Shown: in pieces, positions 26,667 through 35,927 of the stretch
Numbering within the stretch: position 1 is the stretch's first letter
Layout of the letters: every line of letters starts with the position of its first letter
DNA from: Candidatus Latescibacterota bacterium
Lineage (GTDB): Bacteria > Latescibacterota > UBA2968 > UBA8231
Length of the DNA: 64,000 nt
Reading direction: 5' to 3'
Assembly (NCBI GenBank): GCA_965217585.1
Contig: OZ244561.1
Location: 7,200,001-7,264,000, forward strand
The notes under the pieces: generated by a model
What the model saw: only the letters and a program-made list of their open reading frames with translations
Database searches by the model: none
What the model was told of the DNA's origin: nothing
Program-made: the position numbers and the translations under genes

Positions 26667-28631
26667 TTAATACACCGGCAGGCGGTTGCCCACCGCCCCA
26701 GTGAACCCATCTACGACGAGCCAGATCCCCGCAGTAACGATCTGGCCGAGAGCTATGCCGAGGAAGAAGGGCACCGTCTTGTGGTAGAGCGCCGCGCCCC
26801 CAAAGCGGAGCACCAAGGTCTTGACCAGCCAAGCGAGAAAAATCGAGAACCAGATATGGTTCATGACCCAGCCCATACTCGCGGCAAAGCCCAAAGGATG
26901 CAGCGGCCACCAAGCCCAGTGATTGCGCGCACCGATCAGCATACTCATCAGCAGAGCACCACCGCCGGTCCACAGCCAGCCAATGGCGTCCGGGCCGGTG
27001 GGATGGAGTAGTTTCTGCGCGGCGAACTTGGACGGCTCGGCGGCAAAGGTGGAAAAGTACTGCTGGTGGAGGTTGACCGCTCCGTGCGTATAGGCCAAGC
27101 GCAGCGTGTACCAGGTCGATAGCAAAAGGCTGATGAGCATGGCCGCGGCCAAGCCCCAAAGCAACCGGCGGCGGTCGCCGGCCAATTCGCTGCCCAAGCG
27201 CAGACTATTGGCCAAGGGGGCCGTCATAAAAACCAGCAGGTCGCCGATCCAGACGAAGGTATAGCCCAGCGCCACCACGCCCGGCGCACCCAAGGCCGGC
27301 ACCCCAACGGCACTGACGGTAAACCCAGCGGGGACCATGCCCGGAGTAATGGTGGGAGTACCAGCCTCGGCGACGATGCGCGTCAGCGCAACCAAAAGGC
27401 CCAGCGCCACCACCACCACCAGCGCGGCGACCCACACCGGCAGTCCGCTCTGCCATAGCCACACCACCATGCCCGCCGCACCCAAGACCAAGCCGACGAC
27501 GCAGAAGCGATAGGACGCCATTTCTCCTTCGTCTCTCCCAGGGCGCAAAAAGCGGCGTCCAACCTCGGCCAGATGGGCGCGGGCCGTCCACAAGCTATAA
27601 GCGACAAGCACGGCGCAAGCCCCCATCATCTGGTGCCCCATCCCCGCATCGGACCACGTCCCCAACTCGGCGGTGTGGTGCAAATGCAGGCTCTGGAGCA
27701 GGCCCTCTTGCAGGGCGTGAAGCAGATAAAAAACCCAAAGGCTAAAGGAGAGTTGGACGCCGATGAGGTAGGCGAAGCCGAGCATTAGGAAGTTGACGCC
27801 GAGGCGCAGGACGACGATCTGCCGCAGCAGCGACAGCCGCGTCTCCAGCACGGGCGAAGGTATGGCGGAGAAGTAGTGATGCAGGGCCTCTAAACTGCCG
27901 AGGACAAAGGGAATGGCCAAGCCTAGCCAGACGAGGCGCTGGCGGAAAAAGGGCGCGAGCCGGCTTTCCTCCGCGCCTTGGACCATGGCCAGCGGCACTT
28001 GCGCTAAAGGATAGGCCAGCCGCTCGTTATCGACCCACTGGCGGCGCAGGATATTCATCAGGCATATCAGGGCCAAGTAGAACGCCGCGTAGAACGCCAA
28101 CCAGCGACCCAAGGGCACCAACCAGGCGTCCCAAGGGATCGGCGCATCGCGCCCTACGCCCTCGTAGAAGTCCTGGATGGCCTCTGGGTCTGCGACGACC
28201 ATCCAGTCGGCCAAATGGGGATGGATCAGCTCGGCCCACTGGTTTTCCGGGGTGGCGTAGTAGAAGGTGCCAGTAATCATCGGCAGCAGCATCCCCACCA
28301 CTCCGCGCGTGGGAATGGCCGTGGCCACCGCCATCATCGCAAAGATCGTCACCAACTCGCCGCGGCCAAACGCCCACCCCCGCCGCACAGCCCCCAAGCC
28401 CACCTGCACGGTCATCAACAGCACGAACAACAAGAAAAACGCCGCCGGCGTCGCCGACGAAAGCCCCAGCCGCGACCCTTGTATTACCATGCCCCCATAG
28501 GGCACGCCGACGGCGATCAGGGCAGCCAAGAGGCCGCCGGTGAGCAAAGCGCGCCCCGTAGCACCCCGGCCCGTGGTCTGGTCGCGGCGCACTACGCGCC
28601 GGCGATAGGCAGCCGGTACTCGTCGGAGCAA
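26667..28631 (-). CDS. DUF6785/DUF6784-type polytopic membrane protein
   Basis: FGRGELVTIF, YYATPENQW, QWVDNERLAYPL, RIVAEAG, WWPLHPLGF, PFFLGIALGQ. Confidence 0.85.
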   Translation of the reverse strand: MLRRVPAAYRRRVVRRDQTTGRGATGRALLTGGLLAALIAVGVPYGGMVIQGSRLGLSSATPAAFFLLFVLLMTVQVGLGAVRRGWAFGRGELVTIFAMMAVATAIPTRGVVGMLLPMITGTFYYATPENQWAELIHPHLADWMVVADPEAIQDFYEGVGRDAPIPWDAWLVPLGRWLAFYAAFYLALICLMNILRRQWVDNERLAYPLAQVPLAMVQGAEESRLAPFFRQRLVWLGLAIPFVLGSLEALHHYFSAIPSPVLETRLSLLRQIVVLRLGVNFLMLGFAYLIGVQLSFSLWVFYLLHALQEGLLQSLHLHHTAELGTWSDAGMGHQMMGACAVLVAYSLWTARAHLAEVGRRFLRPGRDEGEMASYRFCVVGLVLGAAGMVVWLWQSGLPVWVAALVVVVALGLLVALTRIVAEAGTPTITPGMVPAGFTVSAVGVPALGAPGVVALGYTFVWIGDLLVFMTAPLANSLRLGSELAGDRRRLLWGLAAAMLISLLLSTWYTLRLAYTHGAVNLHQQYFSTFAAEPSKFAAQKLLHPTGPDAIGWLWTGGGALLMSMLIGARNHWAWWPLHPLGFAASMGWVMNHIWFSIFLAWLVKTLVLRFGGAALYHKTVPFFLGIALGQIVTAGIWLVVDGFTGAVGNRLPVY

Positions 28632-28664
28632 GACCTGTCCTTTCCTAGCGCCGCCCCGACAACC

Positions 28665-31541
28665 TCACAGCTTCTGCCGCGCGTCCTCGGGGTCGTAAAA
28701 GGGCAGCGCGACCACCGCCGCCATGCTGGTCGAACCATCGTCCAAGCGCACTTCCACCCGGGTGCCGGGCGCGGCCATATCCGCTTCGACAAAGGCCAGG
28801 CCCAGCGGATAACCCAGCGTCGAGACCGGGGCGATGCTAGTCATGCGACCGGCGATCCACCCTCCCCGCATGATCAAGTTGCACTCCTCGGGCAGCTTGC
28901 CGGCAAAATTAGCGGGCCACCGCACGCCGACGAGCGTGCGCTTTACGGGGCGCGCGGCGTGGATTTGCAGGCTGCGCTGGCCGACGAAGAAGCGCTTTTT
29001 TTTGCCAATGGTCCACGCCAACCCCGCCTCTTGGGGATAGGTCAGCGCGTCCGTGTCGTGGCCGACGATCAAGTGCCCTTTTTCCAAGCGCAACAAGCGC
29101 TGCGCCTCCACCCCAAAGGGGCGTGCACCGGCCGCCGCCAAAGCCCGCCACACGTGCTCCCCTTCCCAAGCTGGCACGTGGATCTCGTATCCCAGTTCGC
29201 CGACAAAACCCACCCGCATCACCATTGCCCGCACCCCGGCCACTTCGCCCTCGCGCACCCTTAAATAGGAGAAAGGCCCCGATCTCAGGTCGATATCCGT
29301 CAACGCCGCCAGCGCGTCGCGGCTTTCTGGGCCAGCCAGATTGAACGCTGCCAGTTGACCCGTGGCATTGCTCAAGGTCACGTCCAAGCCCCAGATCGCG
29401 GTCCAGCGCAGCATTTCGCGGTAAAAGGCCGCCGCGCCGCTGCTGGTCGTGGAGACGTAGAAGCGGTCCTCGGCCAGCCGCGCAATCACCCCGTCCTCGA
29501 TCACGACCCCGCTTTCGTCGAGCGCCACGCCGTAGCGGCAGCGGCCGATCATCAGCTTCTTGAAGCGGCTCGTATAAAGGCGCTCAAGTAGCTCACTAGC
29601 GTCCGGGCCGCTAACCTGCAATTTGCCCAGCGTGCTCACGTCGATGATCCCCAGAGCAGCCCGCACGTGCTGCGCCTCCTGCACAATGCACGCGTCGCGG
29701 CTGGCATCGCCGCAGGCATAGTACTCGGGCCGATACCAGTCGCCGGCGTGGGCAAAGACCGCGCCGTGCTCGCAATGCCAATCGTGGATCGGCGTCCGGC
29801 GCATCGGGTGGAAGCGCCGACCGGCCAAATGCCCCAGCGGCACCGGCTGGTAAAAGGGGCGGGCGGTCGTCGAGCCGGTCGCTGCGATGGTGTCGCCGTT
29901 GAGTTTGGCCAAGATCCGCATCGCGTTCATGTTGGCTAGCTTGCCCTGGCTCGGCCCCATCCCCACGGTGCTGTAGCGCTTGAGCAGCTCGACGCTGTCG
30001 TAGCCTTCTTGGTGCGCGTTGACAAAATCCGTCAAGTGCAAATCCTCGTCGAAGTCCACGAAGTTCTTTTTGCTCGGATGGGCGAAAATTGGATAGCTGT
30101 GGCTGGGGGCTTCTCCCGCAGGCGGCAGAGGCGTGGGCACCTCGCCGTCGCCGTGACCGGCGTAGTGCGCTGCCCTAAGCCCGGCGACCCGCCCGTCTTC
30201 CCGCTGCGCGTCTAGCTCGTACACCCCGCGCACGCGCCCAGCGACAAAGACCCCGTCTGGACAGGACCGCGGCACGAGCTGCTCCAGCGCCTCGTCGTAG
30301 GCGAATTGCACCCCCGCTTGGCTGGGCAGCGCGGCGTTGGGCATCCAGCCGACCGACGCGGCAAGGCCGTCGCAGGCAATCTCTTTGCCGCGCTGGGAAT
30401 CTATTCTGCCGTCTGGGGATAGCGGGGCCACCACGGCACCGCGTAGCCCATTCTTCTGGCCATTGGGCACCGCCGCATAGACCGCGTGGCCGCTGTGGAT
30501 CATCACTCCGGCGGCGGCGATTTTTTCGGCTAGGGCCTGCGGTGCCGCGTTGGGACGCAAATCGGCGATGGCCGCCACCTCAACCCCTGCGTCGAGCATG
30601 TCCAGCGCCATCCTATACGCATCGCTATTGGCCGCTAGCACCACCATCCGCTCGCACGGCTTGACCGCGTACAACTTCACCAACCGCTGAGCCGCCGACC
30701 CGAGCAGCACGCCCGGCAGGTCGTTGTGCCCAAAGACCGCCGGCTGCTCGATCGCGCCGTTGGCATAGACGACGGCCTCGGCGCGCACCTTGGTCATCCG
30801 CACGGCATCGAACAGGGCGACCCATCCATCGGCGTAATGGCCGCCGGCCACCGTCCCGCAGCGGATCTCGACATTCGGCAGGCCAGCGAGCACCTCGACC
30901 AGCTCGTCGCAGTTCCCACCGTGCTGCCACGCCCAGCTCCCCCCTACACGCGCCTGTTCCTCGACCAACAGAACCCTAGCACCAGCTTCCCCCGCAGCCC
31001 TCGCCGCCTCCAGCCCGGCCGCACCACCGCCCACAACCAGCACATCGCACCAAGCGTATTCCTTGGGGCTAGCCGTGGCTGCTTGGTCGCGGTTGATCTG
31101 ACCCAAGCCCGCTATCTGGCGAATGATCCGCTCGTGAAAGGGGAAAAGCCACCGGGGGCGGTGAAATGTCTTGTAATAAAAACCCACCGGCATGAAGCGG
31201 CCCAAAGGCTCCAGCCACTGGAGCAAATCGCGCTTCAGTCCACCCAGCGTGTTGACGGCCCGCAGATCCATGCCCGCAGTCAACGGCTCGCGGTCGGCCC
31301 GCAGATGCGTGCGCTCGCCATCTGTAAACAGCGCGTTGGCGTCGTGCCCGGCCAAGCTATACGCCCCGCGCGGCCGATGGTACTTGAAGCTGCGCCCCAT
31401 CATCTGCACGCCATTGGCCAGCAGTGCACTGGCGATCACATCGCCGGCAAAGCCGCTGAACGCCTCGCCTTCAAAGCGAAATTCAATGGGCTGCGTCCGG
31501 TCGATCCACTCCCCGGGCTGGGCGGACAGGCGGCGCGTCAC
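28665..31541 (-). CDS. mgdC: N-methylglutamate dehydrogenase large subunit (SoxA-like)
   Basis: GRSFKYHRPRG, GGGAAG, LLKRYSTVGMGPSQGK, DVSTLGK, VGFVGELGYEIH, LRLEKGH, PFYDP; GTG start overlaps mgdB stop. Confidence 0.88.
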   Translation of the reverse strand: MTRRLSAQPGEWIDRTQPIEFRFEGEAFSGFAGDVIASALLANGVQMMGRSFKYHRPRGAYSLAGHDANALFTDGERTHLRADREPLTAGMDLRAVNTLGGLKRDLLQWLEPLGRFMPVGFYYKTFHRPRWLFPFHERIIRQIAGLGQINRDQAATASPKEYAWCDVLVVGGGAAGLEAARAAGEAGARVLLVEEQARVGGSWAWQHGGNCDELVEVLAGLPNVEIRCGTVAGGHYADGWVALFDAVRMTKVRAEAVVYANGAIEQPAVFGHNDLPGVLLGSAAQRLVKLYAVKPCERMVVLAANSDAYRMALDMLDAGVEVAAIADLRPNAAPQALAEKIAAAGVMIHSGHAVYAAVPNGQKNGLRGAVVAPLSPDGRIDSQRGKEIACDGLAASVGWMPNAALPSQAGVQFAYDEALEQLVPRSCPDGVFVAGRVRGVYELDAQREDGRVAGLRAAHYAGHGDGEVPTPLPPAGEAPSHSYPIFAHPSKKNFVDFDEDLHLTDFVNAHQEGYDSVELLKRYSTVGMGPSQGKLANMNAMRILAKLNGDTIAATGSTTARPFYQPVPLGHLAGRRFHPMRRTPIHDWHCEHGAVFAHAGDWYRPEYYACGDASRDACIVQEAQHVRAALGIIDVSTLGKLQVSGPDASELLERLYTSRFKKLMIGRCRYGVALDESGVVIEDGVIARLAEDRFYVSTTSSGAAAFYREMLRWTAIWGLDVTLSNATGQLAAFNLAGPESRDALAALTDIDLRSGPFSYLRVREGEVAGVRAMVMRVGFVGELGYEIHVPAWEGEHVWRALAAAGARPFGVEAQRLLRLEKGHLIVGHDTDALTYPQEAGLAWTIGKKKRFFVGQRSLQIHAARPVKRTLVGVRWPANFAGKLPEECNLIMRGGWIAGRMTSIAPVSTLGYPLGLAFVEADMAAPGTRVEVRLDDGSTSMAAVVALPFYDPEDARQKL

Positions 31542-31801
31542 GCTTGGTCCTCCTCGCCCCACAAATAAGTGCGGACGACCTCGTCGCGGGCCGTGTCGCG
31601 CTCGGCGATAAACCAAGTGCTGCTGGCGCTGTGGTACCACCACTCGCGCTGGATGTCCGGTTCGCCGCAGCGGTTGAACACGTAGTCGGCCCACTCAGCG
31701 TCACTTGCTTGCTTGGCGTCGGGCATGGAGCGCACCTCGCCGCCGAAGACGAATTCCGCCAACGGACGCGGGCCGTTGACTGGGCAGGTGAGGATTTTCA
31801 C
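31538..31801 (-). CDS. mgdB: N-methylglutamate dehydrogenase delta subunit (SoxD-like)
   Basis: MKILTCPVNGPRPLAEFVFGGE, EWWYH, WFIAERDT. Confidence 0.88.
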   Translation of the reverse strand: MKILTCPVNGPRPLAEFVFGGEVRSMPDAKQASDAEWADYVFNRCGEPDIQREWWYHSASSTWFIAERDTARDEVVRTYLWGEEDQA

Positions 31802-31819
31802 GACCTTCCCCTTGCGTCG

Positions 31820-33064
31820 CTAGTGTCCAACGGAAGCCGCTCCCTTCTCGCCGACCAAATCAAACGCGCCAAAGCGCGACAGATTAAAGGCGCGGATCAG
31901 CGGATGATTCTCGTCGCGGGCGATGGTGTGGGCCATGGTGTAGCCGCAGACCGGCGAGGCCTTAAATCCCCAAGTGCCCCAACCCGCGTCGATGTAAAAG
32001 CCCGCAATCGGCGTCGTGCCCATGATCGGCGAGAAATCCGGGGTCATGTCGCACAACCCAGCCCACTGACGCAGCACCTTGACATCGCCCAAGCAGGGAA
32101 AGAGGTCGAGCATGTGCCCGGCTAACCCCTCGGCAAAATCGAGCGTCGAGCGCATGGACGTCAGCTCGTAGGGATCCAAGGACGCGCCAGCGACCAACTC
32201 GCCGCGCGAGGATTGGCTAACGTACGTGTGCAAGCTAGCCGATACGACAATCGCGTCGAGCCACGGCTTGAACGGCTCGGTGACAAACGCCTGGAGCGGA
32301 TGTACCACCAGCGGCGAGCGCAGCCCGACCATCCGCTGTATCTGCGGCGTCCAGCCTGCCACCGCGCTGAGCACCTTGCGGGTCTGGATAAAACCGCGGT
32401 CCGTGTGCACGCCCGCGACCCGGCCATCCTCGATTTCAATATCGGTGACACTAGTCTGCTGGTGAATTTCAACGCCTTTGCTGTCGGCCCCGCGCGCATA
32501 AGCCCACGCCACTGCGTCGTGGCGGGCAATGGCCCCTGGCGGGTGATAGAGCGCGCCGACGATGGGCGGCTGGTGCCCACCGCAACTCAGGTCGATCTCG
32601 GGGATGGTCTTCTTGATGAACTCCGGGCCGACGACCTCGGAGTTGATGCCGAGGTGCTTGTTGACCTCGGCGCGCCAGCGCTGGGTGCGCAGCGCGGCCG
32701 GCGTATGCGCCAAGGTAAAGTGGCCGCGCTCGGAGTAGAACAGATTGTAGTCGAGCTGACGCGCCAAATCGCGGTAGAGATCCACGCTGAATTGGTAAAA
32801 ACGCGCGCCTTCTTCCGTCAGGTAATTCGAGCGGATGATCGCGGTGTTGCGGCCGGTACCGCCGTGGCCGATGTAGCGCTGCTCTAGGACGGCGATGTCA
32901 CTGATCCCGTGCTCTTGGGCGAGATAGTGCGCCGCGGCCAGTCCGTGGCCGCCGCCGCCGATGATGACTACCTCGTACTGGTCGCGCAACCGCTCGGGCG
33001 AGCGGAACATGCGCGGCTCGGAATAATCCTTCGCGAAGCCGTATTTGAGCAACCGGTAGGGCAT
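31820..33064 (-). CDS. mgdA: N-methylglutamate dehydrogenase FAD subunit (SoxB-like)
   Basis: IIGGGGHGLA, GRNTAIIRSNY, ARHDAVAW, WGTWGFKA, EKGAASVGH. Confidence 0.9.
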   Translation of the reverse strand: MPYRLLKYGFAKDYSEPRMFRSPERLRDQYEVVIIGGGGHGLAAAHYLAQEHGISDIAVLEQRYIGHGGTGRNTAIIRSNYLTEEGARFYQFSVDLYRDLARQLDYNLFYSERGHFTLAHTPAALRTQRWRAEVNKHLGINSEVVGPEFIKKTIPEIDLSCGGHQPPIVGALYHPPGAIARHDAVAWAYARGADSKGVEIHQQTSVTDIEIEDGRVAGVHTDRGFIQTRKVLSAVAGWTPQIQRMVGLRSPLVVHPLQAFVTEPFKPWLDAIVVSASLHTYVSQSSRGELVAGASLDPYELTSMRSTLDFAEGLAGHMLDLFPCLGDVKVLRQWAGLCDMTPDFSPIMGTTPIAGFYIDAGWGTWGFKASPVCGYTMAHTIARDENHPLIRAFNLSRFGAFDLVGEKGAASVGH

Positions 33065-33100
33065 GACGGGGGAGATTCTCCTCTCGTCGAACGAGAAAGA

Positions 33101-33274
33101 TCAAAGACCGAGAACTTTGAGAAGCCTTTGCAACTCACTATCGTGCTGGGCCGCCCGCTGCACATCAGATAAAGCGAAACGCTTACTCAACTGGTCCGCC
33201 GTCGGTGGCTTGCTGTACTCGGGCCAAACCTTCCTGAGCTCCGCCATCCTAGGTTCGATCGACCTGCGGCGCAT
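33101..33274 (-). pseudogene. RloB-like partner with apparent in-frame internal deletion (57 aa)
   Basis: Manual translation MRRRSIEPR|MAELRKVWPEYSKPPTADQLSKRFALSDVQRAAQHDSELQRLLKVLGL*; GAGGAG RBS right after ATPase stop; no acidic TOPRIM core. Confidence 0.55.
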
Positions 33275-33280
33275 CGCTCC

Positions 33281-34492
33281 TCAGCCGATTTTCGGGATAC
33301 CGCCGAGCACCCCCGCCCGGTACTTGGGATAGAGGCGGGTGTCGCGGCGGAGACCGCGCACATCTTGGGCACTGTACACGCGGGTCGCGCCATCGCGATC
33401 CTTCTCGACGATGAAGACCTCTTCCTTCTCCAGATTGTCGAGCAGGCCGACATTGTGAGAGGAGACGAAAAGCTGTGCACCGGAAGGATTGGTCTCTTGG
33501 GAGCGGAACCAGCCGAGCATTTCGCCGGAGATATCCACGTGAAGATCACCGTCGACCTCGTCGAGGACCGCGGGAATGCCGTCGCTGAGGGCGAGGTAGA
33601 GCTGAGGTAGCAGATGGAACAGCCGTTTCGTGCCGCTGGACTCGTAGGGCAAAGGGATCGGCCTGTCGAGCCCGCGATGGTCGAAGAACACCTCCTTCTT
33701 GTCGGCTTGCTCCAAAATACGCATGTCTTGAATCCCTAAGTCGCTGGCCTGGATGTGTCTCACGAGCCAATCTCTCACCTCGGGAGCACTCTCGTCGAAT
33801 GCGTCCACCATTGTTTGGGTCGGAAGCTGCCATTTCTCGCGGTGAATGATGTTAGAAAAAAAAGAAAAAGCGCGCATCCATTTTGCGATACGCGCCGCCA
33901 AAGGCACATTGAGCAGGGCGAGCGTGGCAATCACCGAGGCGTCCTCCCGAATCGCCTTGAGGCGATCATCCCTCGGAGTGAGCCCTAGCTCACTGGAAAC
34001 GTATATAGGCTCTCCCGGAGCACCGCGCTCGAAAAGGCGGCGGGGGCGCCCCTTGGGAAAGTAGGACAGCACTTCGCGCTGAAAGAAGGTATCCTTGACG
34101 CCGCCGTCACCGCGTTTCACGGCCAGTTCGTAGCGGAACAGGTGCCGGGCTTGGTCCGGTGCCAGCCAATCCGCTTCGATCTCCACGCAAAACCGCGTCG
34201 GTTTGTCTCTGGTTTCCGTCGAAGAGAAAGGGAGAAAGGTGAGCGGGCTGGTCTCTTCAGCAGGAGATGCGGATGAGGCGATGCGGGAGATAGCGAGCAG
34301 CGCATCCAGCAGGGTCGTCTTGCCCGATCCATTGGGTCCCATGAGCACGACGACAGAGGGGAGCCGGATATCCGACTTGGCCGTACTGCGCCGAAAGCGT
34401 GGCAGGGCGGGAGCAGTGCCTAAAATGCGGAGGTCGAGAACTACTTCCTCGCGGACCGAGTAGTAGTTGGATACGGAAAATATGTGAATCAT
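33281..34492 (-). CDS. AAA_21/RloA-like ABC ATPase (defence-associated)
   Basis: Walker A GPNGSGKTT, signature ESSGTKRL, Walker B VLDEVD, H-loop SSHN, C-terminal YRAGVLGGIP. Confidence 0.85.
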   Translation of the reverse strand: MIHIFSVSNYYSVREEVVLDLRILGTAPALPRFRRSTAKSDIRLPSVVVLMGPNGSGKTTLLDALLAISRIASSASPAEETSPLTFLPFSSTETRDKPTRFCVEIEADWLAPDQARHLFRYELAVKRGDGGVKDTFFQREVLSYFPKGRPRRLFERGAPGEPIYVSSELGLTPRDDRLKAIREDASVIATLALLNVPLAARIAKWMRAFSFFSNIIHREKWQLPTQTMVDAFDESAPEVRDWLVRHIQASDLGIQDMRILEQADKKEVFFDHRGLDRPIPLPYESSGTKRLFHLLPQLYLALSDGIPAVLDEVDGDLHVDISGEMLGWFRSQETNPSGAQLFVSSHNVGLLDNLEKEEVFIVEKDRDGATRVYSAQDVRGLRRDTRLYPKYRAGVLGGIPKIG

Positions 34493-34568
34493 TTCTCAAT
34501 GATAACGATTTTTCGTCGTAATAGCAATATAACTTACTCAAAAAGGCAAATGTGGGCGTACATCAAAC

Positions 34569-35927
34569 TCAAACAGACGTCAAATACCGGTCGATCTCCC
34601 AACGGCTGACTTGGCTGTCGTACTCGGCCCACTCGTCGGCTTTTATCTGGAGGAATTCGTCGGCGATGGGGCCCAGTGCGCTCTGCACCACTTCGTCCTC
34701 GCCCAGCGCGTCGAGCGCTTCGGCCAGCGACTGCGGCAAAAGCTGTATCCCTGTCGCCTGGATCTCGTCGAGGGAGCGCTCGTACATGTTGCCCAGATTT
34801 GGCTCGCCCGGCTCCAAGCCGCGCTCAATGCCGTCAAGCCCGGCGACCAGATAGGCGGCCAAGGCCAAATAGGGATTGGCCGCGGCGCTGATCGTGCGAT
34901 CTTCAAAATGCCCCTCGCCGGCCGTGCGGATCATCTGCGTGCGGTTGTTGTCGCCATAGGTGATAAACGCCGGCGTCCAAGTAAAACCCGAACGGCTCGA
35001 ATAGATTCCAGCGCCGAGTTGGAGGCGCTTGTAGCAGTTCACCGTCGGGCTAGTCACCGCGCAGAGCGCGCGGGCGTGGTGCAAAATGCCGCCGAGGAAG
35101 TGGTAGGCCATCTTTGAGCAGCCCAAGCCCCGCGCGTCCCCCTCGTCCAAGAACAGATTCTCGCCCGACTGGGCGTCGGCCAGATGGTAGTGCGCGTGCA
35201 AGCCGCTGCCAGTGCGGTCGGCAAATGGCTTGGGCATGTGCGTGGCGATCGCACCGTATTTTTTGGCGATCTGCGAGGTGGCCATCTTAAAGAAAATGAT
35301 GCGGTCCGAGGTGGTCAGCGCGTCGGCGTAGTCGAAGTTGACCTCGAATTGCCCGTTGGCGTCCTCGTGGTCGCACTGATAAACCCCCCAGCCCATGTCG
35401 TTGAGCGACCGAGTCAACTCCTGCAAGTACGCCATGGCCGGCGACATGGAGCGGAAGTCGTAGCAGGGCTTGGCCAGCGAGTCCACGCCATCCGGATCCC
35501 AGGGCCGGATCGAGCCGTCGTCATCGCGCACCACGAGAAAGTGCTCCGGCTCCATGCCCACGTTGAAGACATAGCCCTGTTGCGCGGCATCGGCGAGCAC
35601 CCTCTGAAGATTGGTGCGGGAGCAATAAGGATGGGGATCCCCATCGACGAAGAGATCGCTGGCAAAGCGCACGGTGTTCGGCTGCCAAGACAGCCGCGCG
35701 TATGAATCGAGGTCGATCCGCGCCAGCATATCGTGCGAATGCGGCCCCTGCCCCAAGCCCCAAATAGATGCGCCGGCAAAACCCGCGCCTTCGTCAAGCG
35801 CGTCGTCGAGTGCCGTCACCGGCACCATCTTCACTTTGGGCGCGCCGGTCATATCGACGAACTGGACGAGTAGGAATTCAATGCCCTCTTGGGCGAGGCG
35901 TTCTTTGATCTCAGTGCGCTCAGTCAC
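34569..35927 (-). CDS. gmaS: Gamma-glutamylmethylamide synthetase (type III glutamine synthetase-like, GlnT)
   Basis: KVKMVP, GAGFAG, DHEDANGQFEVN, MPKPFADRTGSG, YGDNNRTQMIR, NPYL; directly after mgsABC. Confidence 0.88.
   Translation of the reverse strand: MTERTEIKERLAQEGIEFLLVQFVDMTGAPKVKMVPVTALDDALDEGAGFAGASIWGLGQGPHSHDMLARIDLDSYARLSWQPNTVRFASDLFVDGDPHPYCSRTNLQRVLADAAQQGYVFNVGMEPEHFLVVRDDDGSIRPWDPDGVDSLAKPCYDFRSMSPAMAYLQELTRSLNDMGWGVYQCDHEDANGQFEVNFDYADALTTSDRIIFFKMATSQIAKKYGAIATHMPKPFADRTGSGLHAHYHLADAQSGENLFLDEGDARGLGCSKMAYHFLGGILHHARALCAVTSPTVNCYKRLQLGAGIYSSRSGFTWTPAFITYGDNNRTQMIRTAGEGHFEDRTISAAANPYLALAAYLVAGLDGIERGLEPGEPNLGNMYERSLDEIQATGIQLLPQSLAEALDALGEDEVVQSALGPIADEFLQIKADEWAEYDSQVSRWEIDRYLTSV

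Noticed and set aside
26338-27159. 273-aa fusion ending in HigA
   Set aside because: The N-terminal part overlaps the DUF6785 gene out of frame; the RBS supports a start at 26643.
28665-33064. Sarcosine oxidase soxBDAG
   Set aside because: Linkage to mgsABC-gmaS and a delta subunit lacking the second Cys of CPxCG favour N-methylglutamate dehydrogenase.
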